Counted from the first letter of the stretch, positions 1-10,221 are shown. The stretch: 64,000 nucleotides of DNA from an uncultured Gemmatimonadales bacterium (GCA_963771275.1 CAVYSW010000011.1:1-64000); one strand, 5' to 3'. The notes: generated by a model from the sequence alone, not told the origin. Made by a program: numbers and translations.

Positions 1-1091
1 ACGAGCCCGCGGTCGGGGAGGGCATAGCGGGATGCATTGTCCTCCATGAACAGCGCACCCTCCGAGAAGCCCAGGTACAGCGAGTCGTAGTCGATCCCCG
101 TCCCCCACACGTCCTGCGAGCGGTTGACGATGGTCACCTGCACAAAGTACGCGTCGTTCACCCGCGGATCGGCGAAATTGAACGCATCGAAGTGCAGCAG
201 CAGCCCCAGCGGATACCCCTGATGGACCGGCTGGCCCACCCCGCCCGGCACCACGGCCCCATAGTTCAGGAGCACGTCGGCGCTGTAGTCGCTGGTCTCG
301 CCGTACGTCTGGTGATGCGTCCCGAGAAACGGGAGATCGAGCCGCTGATCCTCCTCCGGCACCCGCCAGTAGTCCCACCGGAACGCATCGCCGCGCGAAT
401 CGAACAGACGCTTCCAGCCCGCCTGATCGATCGGATGCGCACCGCGCCAGCCGTCGCTGCCCCATGTTTCCGGACAATCCGACGTCGGCAGGAGCTGGAG
501 GCCAGCGGGGTAGAAGCCGTTGGGTCGACCCGTGTGGTCGCGGCAGGAGCCATCGCTGGTGCTGGTCACGCCGGAGAACATCCGTCCGAGCGTCCCGTCC
601 GCCGGCCCGAACCGCCGGGGCCGGCCCAACACCACCGCGTTGTAGCCGCCAGTCCAGCCCCCGCCCGTGGCGTTGGCGATCGACGGGGCGGCCTGGAGGA
701 TCTTGGCGTACTCGTGAGGTGGTGCCGCCACGGCCCACTCCACCTCGAAGAACGGCGCATACCAAAGGCCCCGGGCGGGCACGTAGACGGTATTGCCTTG
801 GCAATTCCGCAGCACCGTGGTGCAGTCGCCGTAGTTGGTGATGGCCGTGCCGTAGTGCCCCGTCGCCCGCATGCCGGAGAACGCCGCGTCGCTCCCGGCG
901 AACAGATTGAAGCCCCGCCGCACCGTGCGCGTGTCGAAGTCCGGCCCGGCCCCGCCGGCGTCGATGATCGTCACCTCGGGCATCACCCGGTCGCGGCGGG
1001 GCTGCTGGGCCGTGAGCCCCAGCGGCAGCAGCATGGCGACGACGCCGAGCCCCGTGACGCTCAGCACGCACCTCCAGCTCATCACACGCAT
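1..1091 (-). CDS. Large secreted hypothetical protein, N-terminal part (runs off the left edge)
   Basis: ATG at 1091 with AAGGAGG RBS. Hand translation MRVMSWRCVLSVTGLGVVAMLLPLGLTAQQ... shows a signal peptide and stays open towards position 1. Absent from the ORF track because no stop falls in the window. Confidence 0.75.
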   Translation of the reverse strand, partial: MRVMSWRCVLSVTGLGVVAMLLPLGLTAQQPRRDRVMPEVTIIDAGGAGPDFDTRTVRRGFNLFAGSDAAFSGMRATGHYGTAITNYGDCTTVLRNCQGNTVYVPARGLWYAPFFEVEWAVAAPPHEYAKILQAAPSIANATGGGWTGGYNAVVLGRPRRFGPADGTLGRMFSGVTSTSDGSCRDHTGRPNGFYPAGLQLLPTSDCPETWGSDGWRGAHPIDQAGWKRLFDSRGDAFRWDYWRVPEEDQRLDLPFLGTHHQTYGETSDYSADVLLNYGAVVPGGVGQPVHQGYPLGLLLHFDAFNFADPRVNDAYFVQVTIVNRSQDVWGTGIDYDSLYLGFSEGALFMEDNASRYALPDRGL

Positions 1092-1517
1092 GCGGACCTC
1101 CTTACCTGGCGGAGCGCGTAGTTCCGGCTCTCCGTCCCGGACTAACCGGACCCCTCTCGCAGCACGCGAAAACGCGGCGGGTATCCCAGTGCGGACGCGA
1201 AAGACCGGCGGGTGGAACGGGAGCGCGAGGTGGCCGGCGGGCGCGACGAGACGAGTGCCCACGGCGACGGCGGCCAGGGAAGGTGCGGGAACGACGCGTC
1301 AGCCCGGGCACGCTCTCGAGCGTCGAGGGTCAACTGCCTGATTTGTCGTTCTCCGGTACCGCGCGATGCAGGCGGACAGTCAGAATCCAATGGCCGAGCG
1401 CTCCTGAGAGTCACCCCATCATTCGGGTCTGCGCAGCCATGTGTCAAGGGGCTTCAGGGAAACCCCTACCCCGCCTGTCGCCTATGACGCCGGGCGAAGA
1501 GCCGGGCACCGGGGCTG

Positions 1518-4397
1518 TCAGGATGGTGTCACCGGCGCGATGCCCATCTCGTCGAGGAAGCGATTCCCGCCGGCATGCTTCCCGCCCCGGGTTTCGGCGC
1601 GGGTCAGCACCAGGCGGTCCCGCGTGCGGGTCATGCCGACGTAGAGCAGCCGGCGCGCCTCGTCGATCTCGTCCGTGCGGCCATCGACCGTCTGGTAGTA
1701 GCCCGGCAACTGATAGTCCTCGACCCCAACGATGTAGACGCGCGAGAACTCGAGGCCCTTCGTCGAATGGAGGGTGAGCAGGTTCACGCGATGGCGATCG
1801 ACCTCCACGCCTTCCGACGTGGACAGGGCCACGCGCTCGAGAAAGCGATCCACGCTCGCGTCGAGCGTGGGAGCGCCGCAGGCCTCGACCAGCCGCCGCA
1901 GGCGCGCGTATGCCTCGGGGTAGCGCTCCTCCGCGGACCGCTCGGTGCGGAGCCGCTCGTACAGCCGCCGGCCACCAAGCAGCTCGATCACCTGGTCGAG
2001 CGACGGGAGGGCGGCGTCGCCCAGCCGGTTTCGCTCGCTCTCGTAGAACGGGAGGCACTCGCTGTAGCGGCCCAGGGCGTAGACCTGCGAGATCTTGCGG
2101 AACAAAGCGGCTTCGGCGTGCGATGGCTCGCGGGCCAAGGCCAGCCCCAGGCCGACGTAGTCCAGCAGATTCACCAGCGCCGCTTTCCGGGCGTGCACCA
2201 CTTGTTGCCGGCCGAGCTCCGCGAACACGGCCGCGAGGGTCTCCGCGTCATCGAGCGCGTGATGCGCCCGGCCGCCCGGGACGCCGAACCGGTGGGCGAG
2301 ATCCTGCAGCCGGGCGCCGGTCTTGAACAGCGCGCGGGCCAGCACCAGGGAATCGAACCACACGAGCCCGTCGGTCCCGCCAAGCGGCTCGGCCATGCGG
2401 CGCAGCACCGGCACGTCGAATGCGAAGCCATTGTGCGCGACCAGCAGGTCGTCGCCCACGAACGCGCGGAACGCCGGCCACACCTCCTCGAACCGCGGTG
2501 CCTGGGTGAGGTCGTCCGCGGCATAGCCGTGCACCGCCTGCGCCAGCTGGGAGATCGCGACACGCGGGCGCACGAGCCGGTGAAACCGCTCGACGACGGC
2601 CCCTGCCCGGACCCGCGCGGCGCCGATCTCCACGATCTCGCACGCGTTGACGTCCGTGTCGGTGGTCTCGAGGTCGAACGCGACGAAGTCGGTGACTTCG
2701 GGTGTCATCCGCCGGCTGTGCACCAGCTGGAGCGCCTTGAAGAGCCGAAGGGGATCCACGCTCACCACCACGTCGCCCGCCCGCCGATCGGCGTCGGCAC
2801 CGTACCCCGCGATCGTCACTCCACCTCCGAGCAGCATGCCGCGCAACGCGATCCGCTCGGAGCCCGGCACGTCCACCACCACCCGGCCGCGGCCGTGCAG
2901 CACCCGCTCGAGCCGGCCCGCGAGGGCCGCGGCTTCGGCGTCGTCGGAGGGGTCGCTGATCTCGTCGTGGTGCTCTTCCAGCACGTTGGTGTAGGGACCC
3001 ACCCGCTGCGCCAGCAAGTCGTCCAACAGCCCAGCCAGGGAGTCGCGCAGGCGATATGTCGCCGCGAGGTTCTCGACGTGATAGATGAACCGCCACGCCC
3101 GCTTCACGTCGGGCGCGCTCGACGGCCGGCCGCGCGCGAATGCGCGCGCGGCCTCGAGGAACCCGACCTCGCCGTTCCGCGTGTCGCGCCGGATCTGCTC
3201 GAGGAGCGGCGCCGGGAGCACGGCCTGGGCGAACGCTTCCAGCAGCAACGGATCGCCCGGGTGGCGCATCAGGCGCAGCGCCGTGACCACGAAGCCCACC
3301 ACCTCGTCGTCCGCCAGCGCGCGCCCGCGGGCCAACCGGCACGGCAGGTCCGCCCGCAGCAAGGCGCCCTCGAGCCCCGCCCCCACGTCGTGCCGGCGGT
3401 ACAGCACCGCATAGTCGCCCCAGTCGAGCCCGTTCCGCTCCCGATCCGCGCGCAGGTCGTCGATCAGCCAGGCCGCCTCGGCCACCTCGTCCGGAAACGC
3501 GAGCGCCGCGACGTCGTACGCCGACGTGCGCTCGGCCTCGAGCCGCTTGTCGAACAGGCCCTGCTCCACCTGAATCAGCCGCCGCGCGCACGCGAAGATC
3601 TGCCGCGCGCAGCGGCGGTTCCGATCGAGCACGATCGGTTGGGTGACGCCGAAGTCGTCGGCGAACCGCTTGAGGACGCGGGGATCGGCGCCGCGCCACG
3701 AGAAGATCGACTGCTCATCGTCCCCCACGGCGAACAGGCTGCGGTGCGGCGCCAGGGTCACGAGCAGCCGGTACTGCGCCGGGTCGAGGTCCTGGAACTC
3801 GTCGACCAGCACGTGATCCCACCGGCCCGCGACGTCGGCTGCGGCCGCGGGGAACGTCTCGAACAACCGCACGGTCTCGAGGATGAGATCGTCGAAGTCC
3901 AGCATCTGGGCCTTGCGGAGCCGGGCGGCGTAGCCGAGCAATAGCTGCTCGTCACCTGGCGTGAGTGCGTAGCCCTGGAGCCGGCGGCGCGAGAACAGCG
4001 TCAGCAGCTGGCCGATCCGCCTGGTCCGGGCGCCGAGGCGCCGGAGCACCAGCTGCTGGTAGGTTTCGTCGGCAATGCCGAACCCGCGGGGCAGCCCGAT
4101 CGCCTCGCCGTGGGCGCGCAACACCTCGGCGCACAGCGCGTGCAGCGTGCCGCGCGTGACGCGCTCGGCCGCGGGCCCGAGCGTGACGGCCAGGCGGGCC
4201 GCGACTTCCTCGGCCGCCTTGTTGGTGAATGTGACGGCGCAGATCCGGTCGGCCGGCACCCCGTGGCGCTCCACCAGATGCCGCACCCGCTCGATCAGGC
4301 AGAAGGTCTTGCCGGCGCCGGGCCCCGCAACCACCAGCACGGGACCAATCGGTGCTTCGATCGCCGCGCGCTGCGCAGCGGTGGGGACGAGGGTCAC
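1518..4397 (-). CDS. UvrD/PcrA-family SF1A helicase with an internal DEDDh (DnaQ-like) 3'-5' exonuclease domain
   Basis: Helicase motifs GPGAGKT, TFTNKAA, DEFQD, VGDDEQSIFSWRGA, TLHSTKGLEF, EARRLLYVGMTR. Exonuclease motifs DLETT, AHNGFAFD, HHALDDA. Confidence 0.92.
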   Translation of the reverse strand: MTLVPTAAQRAAIEAPIGPVLVVAGPGAGKTFCLIERVRHLVERHGVPADRICAVTFTNKAAEEVAARLAVTLGPAAERVTRGTLHALCAEVLRAHGEAIGLPRGFGIADETYQQLVLRRLGARTRRIGQLLTLFSRRRLQGYALTPGDEQLLLGYAARLRKAQMLDFDDLILETVRLFETFPAAAADVAGRWDHVLVDEFQDLDPAQYRLLVTLAPHRSLFAVGDDEQSIFSWRGADPRVLKRFADDFGVTQPIVLDRNRRCARQIFACARRLIQVEQGLFDKRLEAERTSAYDVAALAFPDEVAEAAWLIDDLRADRERNGLDWGDYAVLYRRHDVGAGLEGALLRADLPCRLARGRALADDEVVGFVVTALRLMRHPGDPLLLEAFAQAVLPAPLLEQIRRDTRNGEVGFLEAARAFARGRPSSAPDVKRAWRFIYHVENLAATYRLRDSLAGLLDDLLAQRVGPYTNVLEEHHDEISDPSDDAEAAALAGRLERVLHGRGRVVVDVPGSERIALRGMLLGGGVTIAGYGADADRRAGDVVVSVDPLRLFKALQLVHSRRMTPEVTDFVAFDLETTDTDVNACEIVEIGAARVRAGAVVERFHRLVRPRVAISQLAQAVHGYAADDLTQAPRFEEVWPAFRAFVGDDLLVAHNGFAFDVPVLRRMAEPLGGTDGLVWFDSLVLARALFKTGARLQDLAHRFGVPGGRAHHALDDAETLAAVFAELGRQQVVHARKAALVNLLDYVGLGLALAREPSHAEAALFRKISQVYALGRYSECLPFYESERNRLGDAALPSLDQVIELLGGRRLYERLRTERSAEERYPEAYARLRRLVEACGAPTLDASVDRFLERVALSTSEGVEVDRHRVNLLTLHSTKGLEFSRVYIVGVEDYQLPGYYQTVDGRTDEIDEARRLLYVGMTRTRDRLVLTRAETRGGKHAGGNRFLDEMGIAPVTPS

Positions 4398-4435
4398 TCA
4401 GCGAGCGGTTTCATGTCTGAAAACGGGAACGGAAC

Positions 4436-4520
4436 CACCGCGGAGATCGCCGAGAACGCAGAGATGGACGTGAGTCGGACTGCCATGACGGACTCTGTGC
4501 ACTCTGCGCCCTCTGCGGTG
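4436..4520. repeat. Palindromic element made of 9-bp tandem units (CGCAGAGNN)x3 ... (NNCTCTGCG)x3
   Basis: CACCGCGGAGATCGCCGAGAACGCAGAG-spacer-CTCTGTGCACTCTGCGCCCTCTGCGGTG, intergenic. Confidence 0.8.
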
Positions 4521-4560
4521 CGCATATGGCGCGCCGGTCATCGTGCTTGACACACCAGAC

Positions 4561-5508
4561 TCAGTGTGGGCTCGGAGGCGGGGGCGGCTGGCGCCCGCCG
4601 TACTTCGCCAGGAGCAGGTCCAGCGAGCGGCGCGTGGCTTCGAGCTCCGCGCGGAACGCGCTGTCCCGCGCCAGCCGCGCAGCCCCGCCTTCGCCCGCGT
4701 CGAGGCGCCGCTGCATGCGATCGAGCGCATTGCGCGCAGTCCCCACCGCCTCCGCCAGGTCCCCGGCACTCGCTTCGGCCCGCTGGAGCCCTCCGCCGGT
4801 CTGCGCGGCCGCAAGCTCGGCGGCCACCGAATCGAGCCGCGCGAACACCGTACGACTCGCGCGCAGCGCGTCCTCCGTCGCGGCGGCCAGCGAATCGCCA
4901 CGCACCCGCCCCAGCACCGTCAACGCGCGCGCCGTCGCTGCCTGGGCGGTTGCCAGGTCATGGCGCAGGTCGGCGCGCCTGAAGGCCGCGCCCCCGGCGG
5001 CCAAGTCCCGCCACGCCTCGCCCGCCGCGGTCAGACGCTCCTGCAGCCCGTCGGGCACGGATCCGACGAGCACCTCCCCGGCCGGCAGGAGCTCGGGGGA
5101 GACCCCCGGCGAGTAATTCACCGCCCGGTCGCCGACGAGGCTGAGCGAGATGATCTGCACGCGGGCATCGCGGCGCGGGCGCAGCGCGCGATCGAGGCGC
5201 AGCCGCACCAGCACTGCTCCCGAGGGCTCGAGAGTCACGCCGCGGACGTGACCGACCCGCACGCCCGACATCTCGATCAGGTCGCCGGTGCTCAGACCCG
5301 CGACATTCGCGAACCGCGCGACCACCTCGACGTTCCCCCCACCACCCAACCGCCAACCGGACACGAGCAGCGCGGCGGCGACCAGCAGGGCGATCACCGC
5401 CATCGTGATGAGCCCGACCTGCGCCTCGTAGCGGTGCGACAAGTCCAGTTGGGCGATCGCGTGGAAGCTGTCGGAGACGCGTCGGGGAACGCTGCGACGG
5501 GGGGGCAT
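4561..5508 (-). CDS. MlaD/MCE family protein (true start may be the TTG near 5448)
   Basis: N-terminal TM helix, MCE motif FANVAGLSTGDLIEMSGVRVGHV, helical C-terminus. Confidence 0.85.
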   Translation of the reverse strand: MPPRRSVPRRVSDSFHAIAQLDLSHRYEAQVGLITMAVIALLVAAALLVSGWRLGGGGNVEVVARFANVAGLSTGDLIEMSGVRVGHVRGVTLEPSGAVLVRLRLDRALRPRRDARVQIISLSLVGDRAVNYSPGVSPELLPAGEVLVGSVPDGLQERLTAAGEAWRDLAAGGAAFRRADLRHDLATAQAATARALTVLGRVRGDSLAAATEDALRASRTVFARLDSVAAELAAAQTGGGLQRAEASAGDLAEAVGTARNALDRMQRRLDAGEGGAARLARDSAFRAELEATRRSLDLLLAKYGGRQPPPPPSPH

Positions 5509-5548
5509 GCGAGAATAATAGGGTCAGGAGGTTCCGGCGGGAAACGGG

Positions 5549-5597
5549 CCCCCTCACCCCTGCCCCTCTCCCCCTCTGCCCCTCTGGCCCTCACCGC
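5549..5597. repeat. Degenerate 8-bp tandem repeat (CCCCTCTG-like)
   Basis: CCCCCTCACCCCTGCCCCTCTCCCCCTCTGCCCCTCTGGCCCTCAC in a divergent intergenic gap. Confidence 0.6.
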
Positions 5598-5629
5598 ATA
5601 GCTTTCCCCCATCTTCAGCCCCCGCACCC

Positions 5630-6391
5630 ATGCTTCACGTCACTGATCGGAATGGCGTCACCATCCTCCGTCTCGAGCACGGCAAGGCCCACGCGCTCGA
5701 CCTCGAGCTCGCGCGTGCGGTCACCGAACGACTCGGGGAGCTGGAGCGCGACCCTGCATTGCGCGCGCTCGTCCTTACCGGCACGGGGAGCATCTTCTCC
5801 GCCGGGGTGGATCTGTATCGTCTGCTCGATGGGGGGCCGAGCTACGTGCGGGAGTTCGTGCCGGCGCTGGCAGGCACCTTCCTGCATCTGTTCGCGTTTT
5901 CCCGGCCCGTCATCGCCGCGATCAACGGGCACGCGATCGCCGGCGGGTGCGTGCTCGCGGCAGCATGCGACTTTCGACTGATGGCCCGGGGCAACGCCCG
6001 GATCGGCGTGCCGGAGCTGCGCGTGGGCGTGCCGTTCCCGCTCGTCGGGGTCGAGATCCTGCGGTTCGCGACGTCGACCGCCCACCTCCAGGAGCTGCTG
6101 TATCAGGGGAAGACCTATCGGGTGGACGAGGCGACTGCGCGGGGCCTGGTGGACGAGGTCGTGGCCCCGGAACGGTTGATCGAGCGGGCGTGCGAGGTGG
6201 CGGAGCTCTTTGCGGCCGAGCCCGCGGCGCGGTTCCGCATCACCAAGCGCCAGCTCCGGGCACCGGCGCTCGAGTCGATCCGGCGCCACACGCACGAAAC
6301 GGACGCCGATGTCGCGGCCGAATGGGAGCGACCGGCGTCCCTGGCCGCGATCCGCGCCTACGTCGATGGCCTGCGGCAGCAGCGGGGCTGA
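5630..6391 (+). CDS. Enoyl-CoA hydratase/isomerase family protein
   Basis: Crotonase motifs FSAGVDL and AAINGHAIAGGC...PE. Confidence 0.92.
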   Translation: MLHVTDRNGVTILRLEHGKAHALDLELARAVTERLGELERDPALRALVLTGTGSIFSAGVDLYRLLDGGPSYVREFVPALAGTFLHLFAFSRPVIAAINGHAIAGGCVLAAACDFRLMARGNARIGVPELRVGVPFPLVGVEILRFATSTAHLQELLYQGKTYRVDEATARGLVDEVVAPERLIERACEVAELFAAEPAARFRITKRQLRAPALESIRRHTHETDADVAAEWERPASLAAIRAYVDGLRQQRG

Positions 6392-6705
6392 GGCCCCTGT
6401 CGCTCCGATGCAACGCCTGCCTCAGGCACACCCACCACGTCTTCCGATCACCGGCCGGCCCTGCGACCCCGAGGCGGTGGCCCGTCCACGGCACGCCGGT
6501 TGCTCATGAAGACCCCCGGTGCACTCGGCCGACACCAGAGAGGCGGCCCGGTGCACGTGAGGACCGGCACCACGAAGCCGGCTCTTCGCCCTCACCCTCG
6601 GGGCGCGCATGACACCGGGCGACATAGTCCCGCTGGCGATGCGCGCCCCAGGGTGCGGCGCAACGTCCGCGGCGGGGCCACCCCGATCGCCCCAGCCCTT
6701 CCGGC

Positions 6706-7368
6706 ATGTGCCTGACTCCGGAATACGCCCGCTACTTCCGCGCGCTCGCCCGGAACAACCGCCGCGTGTGGTATCACGCGCACAAGGCGGAGTACGACGA
6801 GCACGTGCGGCGCCCGTTCGAAGAGCTCGTGGAGGAGATGATCCACCGGATCGGCGCCGTGGAGCCGGCGGTCCGCGGGATCAGCGCCCGCGAGGCCATG
6901 TTCCGACTGGCGCGTGACATCCGGTTCACGAAAGACAAGACACCCTACAAGCTGTTTTCCGCCGCCGCGATCGCACCGGGTGGGCGACGGCAGTCCCGCG
7001 CGCCCGGTTTCTACTTCGAGATCGGGGCCGATCGCATCGGCATCGCCGGCGGGATCTACCAGCCGGACACCGAGACCCTGCTACGGGTCCGTCGCGCCAT
7101 CGCGGCGCACGGGGACGAGTTGGAGCGGCTGCTCGCCGCGCGAGCGTTCCGGCGCGTGTACGGCGCGCTGCAGGGCGAGCGGAACCTCCGGCTCCCGCCG
7201 GAGTTTGCGCCGGCCGCGGCGCGGCACCCGCTGGTGGCCCACCGCCAGTTCTACTACTGGGTCGAGTACAGGAGGAAGACCCGGGAGGGGACCGCGGACT
7301 TCCTGATGCGGCACTACCAGGCGGGCCGGCGGGTGTCGGCGTGGCTGGCAGGGGCTGTCGCCGGCTGA
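6706..7368 (+). CDS. DUF2461 (TIGR02453-like) family protein
   Basis: LARNNRRVWYHAHKAEY, FRLARDIRFTKDKTPYK, GGIYQP. Confidence 0.85.
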   Translation: MCLTPEYARYFRALARNNRRVWYHAHKAEYDEHVRRPFEELVEEMIHRIGAVEPAVRGISAREAMFRLARDIRFTKDKTPYKLFSAAAIAPGGRRQSRAPGFYFEIGADRIGIAGGIYQPDTETLLRVRRAIAAHGDELERLLAARAFRRVYGALQGERNLRLPPEFAPAAARHPLVAHRQFYYWVEYRRKTREGTADFLMRHYQAGRRVSAWLAGAVAG

Positions 7369-7399
7369 CCGCGCGCGCGGTGAGAGAGCCCCCAGACAA

Positions 7400-7429
7400 G
7401 CGAGGCGGTGGATCGCTCCCCCGCCTCGC
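7400..7429. terminator. Hairpin between convergent genes, putative terminator
   Basis: GCGAGGCGG-loop-CCGCCTCGC. Confidence 0.5.
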
Positions 7430-7445
7430 ACCACCCCACCGATCA

Positions 7446-8036
7446 CTAGAACCGGCGCATTCGGCCGCGCATGCCCATGCCGGCCTGGCCCCCTCCCATC
7501 ATCGGGCGGCGTCCGGCATTCCGCATGCCCCACCGATGGGCATCGGCCCATCCCTCTACACGCCCGCGCTGCTCAGGCGTGAGCAACGCCTTCGCCTTCG
7601 CGATGTCCGTGATGGCCTGCAGCTCGACGGCCTGCGCCGCCTGCATCCCGGTGCGCGCTTCACCCTGCAGCGCGGCCACGTCGATCTTCTCGGCCGTCCA
7701 CAGGGCGCGCATCTTCTCGCGGTGGGCGGTCCGCTCGGTCTGCGCCTTGTCGCGCGCCTGCTGCATTTCGGTGGCGAGGGCTTCGAGCTGCTTCGCCTGC
7801 TCATCGGTGAGCGCCAGTCGCTCACGGCGGTTGAGCAGGGCCCGCGGGGCGAACGCACCCACGCCGAACTCCATGCCGCGGAAGGCCTGCGGGCCCCGCG
7901 GTCCCGGCTGCTGCTGCATCTGCATGGGTGCATTGCGTCGCGCGGTCATCGGCGGCCCCTGCGGGGGCCCCTGCGCCACCAGGGTGGCGGGGACGACAAC
8001 GAGCGCGGCGAGTGTAAGGGCATGCAGAGGTCGCAT
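7446..8036 (-). CDS. Spy/CpxP-like periplasmic helical protein (LTxxQ family)
   Basis: AAGGAGG RBS, signal peptide, LALTDEQ and LLTPEQ motifs, Met/Gly-rich tails. Confidence 0.8.
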   Translation of the reverse strand: MRPLHALTLAALVVVPATLVAQGPPQGPPMTARRNAPMQMQQQPGPRGPQAFRGMEFGVGAFAPRALLNRRERLALTDEQAKQLEALATEMQQARDKAQTERTAHREKMRALWTAEKIDVAALQGEARTGMQAAQAVELQAITDIAKAKALLTPEQRGRVEGWADAHRWGMRNAGRRPMMGGGQAGMGMRGRMRRF

Positions 8037-8115
8037 GAGTACCTCCTTGATGGCGAAATCCTGCGGTGTACCTGTCACCTTGAGGTACGCATGAGCGGGG
8101 CGAACGTTAAGGCGG

Positions 8116-8754
8116 TCAGGGCGTCTCGGTGACCTTGCGGTAGATCCGCGGTTGCCACACGGGGCGGATCAGCCCCTTGTGCTCGACGGTGACCTCGAGG
8201 CGGAGGAAGACGCGGCTGTCCGCCAGGTGGTAGCGCTCGGTGAGCCTGCCCCCGCCTTTCGGCTCGTACTCCGCGACCAGGACGCCGTCCCGCCAGCGGG
8301 CCCGCGTCTTCAGCGTATCGGCCCCGTTCACCATGGGGCGCCACCGGCCGTCGAGGTGCAGCGTGTAGGAAAACCCGTCTTCGTTCGTCACGACGATCGC
8401 CGTGTCGCTCTGGGCGAGCGTGAACGAGGGAACGGGCTGCGCCATCCCGAGCAGCCGACCAATCTGGAGCCGCTCCTCGGGGCTCGGCCCGAACCGGCGC
8501 GGCGGGGCGCCGCCGGGGCGTGCCGCGCCGCCCTCACCCACCGCCCCCCCCAAGGTCCCCCCACCCTCGGGCGGGCGCGACCGGGTCGAGTCAGCGCGCG
8601 CCGAATCGAGCCGCGCGGCCGCGGTATCCGCCAGCTGGGGCGGCAGACTCTCCGCCCGCATGACCCAACGCCCACTGAGGTTCGGAGAACGTTGCGCGTA
8701 GGCGGGGACCGCCGCTGCTGCCACGAGCATCGCCGTCAGAAGCGCCCGCATCAT
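8116..8754 (-). CDS. Secreted hypothetical protein
   Basis: Signal peptide ...AAAAVPAYA|Q, PNLSGRW start, beta-rich C-terminus ending RIYRK. Confidence 0.75.
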   Translation of the reverse strand: MMRALLTAMLVAAAAVPAYAQRSPNLSGRWVMRAESLPPQLADTAAARLDSARADSTRSRPPEGGGTLGGAVGEGGAARPGGAPPRRFGPSPEERLQIGRLLGMAQPVPSFTLAQSDTAIVVTNEDGFSYTLHLDGRWRPMVNGADTLKTRARWRDGVLVAEYEPKGGGRLTERYHLADSRVFLRLEVTVEHKGLIRPVWQPRIYRKVTETP

Positions 8755-8874
8755 CGGTTCCTTTCCCGTCTGTGCCTCAATGTAGTGCCCCACCACGGTC
8801 ATTGTTCCCCGCGGACCCCTTCCGTCTGTCGCGGGTACGTGGCATCTTAGCCGTTCGCGGTGCCGAGAGGTCGC

Positions 8875-9390
8875 ATGTCACAGAAGGTCGTCGCACATTT
8901 CATCGACCACACGGTCGTCAAGGGCACCAGCCTCGACGTCGATCCGAATCGTCCACGCTGCCACGTGCTGACGACGGAGCGCGGCGCCGTCGAGGTGGAG
9001 CTCAAGGACCTCAAGGCGCTGTACTTCGTCCGCGACCTGACCGGCAAGCCGCAGTACGACGAGACGCACCGGCCCAAGACCGGCGACGACCGGCTGCGTG
9101 GCAGCCGCCAGGTGGAGCTGGTATTCCAGGACGGCGAGAAGCTCGGCGGCCTGATGAACCGTTACCCGCCCAACCGCCCGTTCTTCTTCGTGCTCCCGAT
9201 GGACCCGGCGAGCAACAACATCCGGATCCTGGTGAACCGGGACGCGCTCGCCGTGATCAAGCCGGTGGACGACAAGGCGGACGCGATCGATTCCGTGCCC
9301 CGCGTCGGCCTATCCCCCGTCCCTCCGCGACCCAAGCGGACGAGCTGGGTGTTCGACGGCAAGGACATCAAGGACGTCGAAATCGACTGA
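8875..9390 (+). CDS. Conserved hypothetical protein (DUF6982-like, internal two-fold repeat)
   Basis: KVVAHFIDHTVVKG...LKALYFVRDL...VELVFQDGE...FFVLPMDPASNNIRILV. Confidence 0.75.
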   Translation: MSQKVVAHFIDHTVVKGTSLDVDPNRPRCHVLTTERGAVEVELKDLKALYFVRDLTGKPQYDETHRPKTGDDRLRGSRQVELVFQDGEKLGGLMNRYPPNRPFFFVLPMDPASNNIRILVNRDALAVIKPVDDKADAIDSVPRVGLSPVPPRPKRTSWVFDGKDIKDVEID

Positions 9391-9710
9391 CCGATCGGCC
9401 AGCCGCTAGCGCCACGCCTCGGTGGCGCTGCCCGCTGCGTCCACCCAGACCGGCAGCCAGATCAGCGACACCCGCCGCACCGCCGTGTCCGCCTTGCGCG
9501 GCCGGATCGGGAGCCGACATCGGGCCTGCTCCGGACGGAGTCCACCGTAAGGGTGCTGCTCGCCGGCTCATTCCCGACTGCAAGCGTCGTGCTTTCGTGA
9601 TCCAGCGCGGCACCGCATTATGGGGACAGTTCATCCCGGGAAGGGGGGCGGGCGGCAACCGAAGAGAGGGGAACACGGACATCACGGGAGCGCCAAGTGA
9701 GGAGGAATCC

Positions 9711-10142
9711 ATGAAGCAATTGGGAATCGCAGCGGTCCCCGTTCTGCTGGCACTGGGCGTCGCGTCATGCAGCGACTCCTTGTCACCAGAGAGTCTGGCA
9801 GGCACGTACGACGTCACGGCGATGGACCTCGTCAACCCGGCCAACCCCAGCCAGACGGTGGACCTGCTGGATCCAGGGGTCTCCTACACAATCGTCATCG
9901 CGGCGAACGGCAGCTTCACGAGCTTCACGGACGGCAATCTTGAAGGCACCGGGACCCTCACGATTGACGGCGACACCTTCACCCTCACATCGGTCAACGA
10001 CACCACGACCGGCACCATCACCCAGAACGGCGACACGATCACCCTCTACCAGGAAGGGCTCACCAACTGGGACTGGGATGACAACGTCCAGACCCCGGCA
10101 ACGACCAGCGATGCTCGCATCGTGATGGTCAGGCGGCCCTGA
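9711..10142 (+). CDS. Lipoprotein, lipocalin-like beta-barrel
   Basis: GAGGAGG RBS, lipobox VASC, LAGTY motif. Confidence 0.8.
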   Translation: MKQLGIAAVPVLLALGVASCSDSLSPESLAGTYDVTAMDLVNPANPSQTVDLLDPGVSYTIVIAANGSFTSFTDGNLEGTGTLTIDGDTFTLTSVNDTTTGTITQNGDTITLYQEGLTNWDWDDNVQTPATTSDARIVMVRRP

Positions 10143-10167
10143 GCGCCAGCGGCGAGCATGATGCACG

Positions 10168-10200
10168 AAGCGGCGGGGCGCACCAGCGCCCCGCCGCTTT
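10168..10200. terminator. Bidirectional intrinsic terminator
   Basis: 14-bp perfect stem AAGCGGCGGGGCGC-ACCA-GCGCCCCGCCGCTT(T) between convergent genes. Confidence 0.8.
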
Positions 10201-10221
10201 GCACAACCCCGCCGTCCTGGA

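Noticed and set aside
1092..1517. Riboswitch or ncRNA in long intergenic gaps (also 6392-6705, 9391-9710, 27027-27251, 33393-33560)
   Set aside because: No SAM, cobalamin, TPP, c-di-GMP or preQ1 consensus was recognised by eye; an Rfam/Infernal scan would be needed to exclude one.
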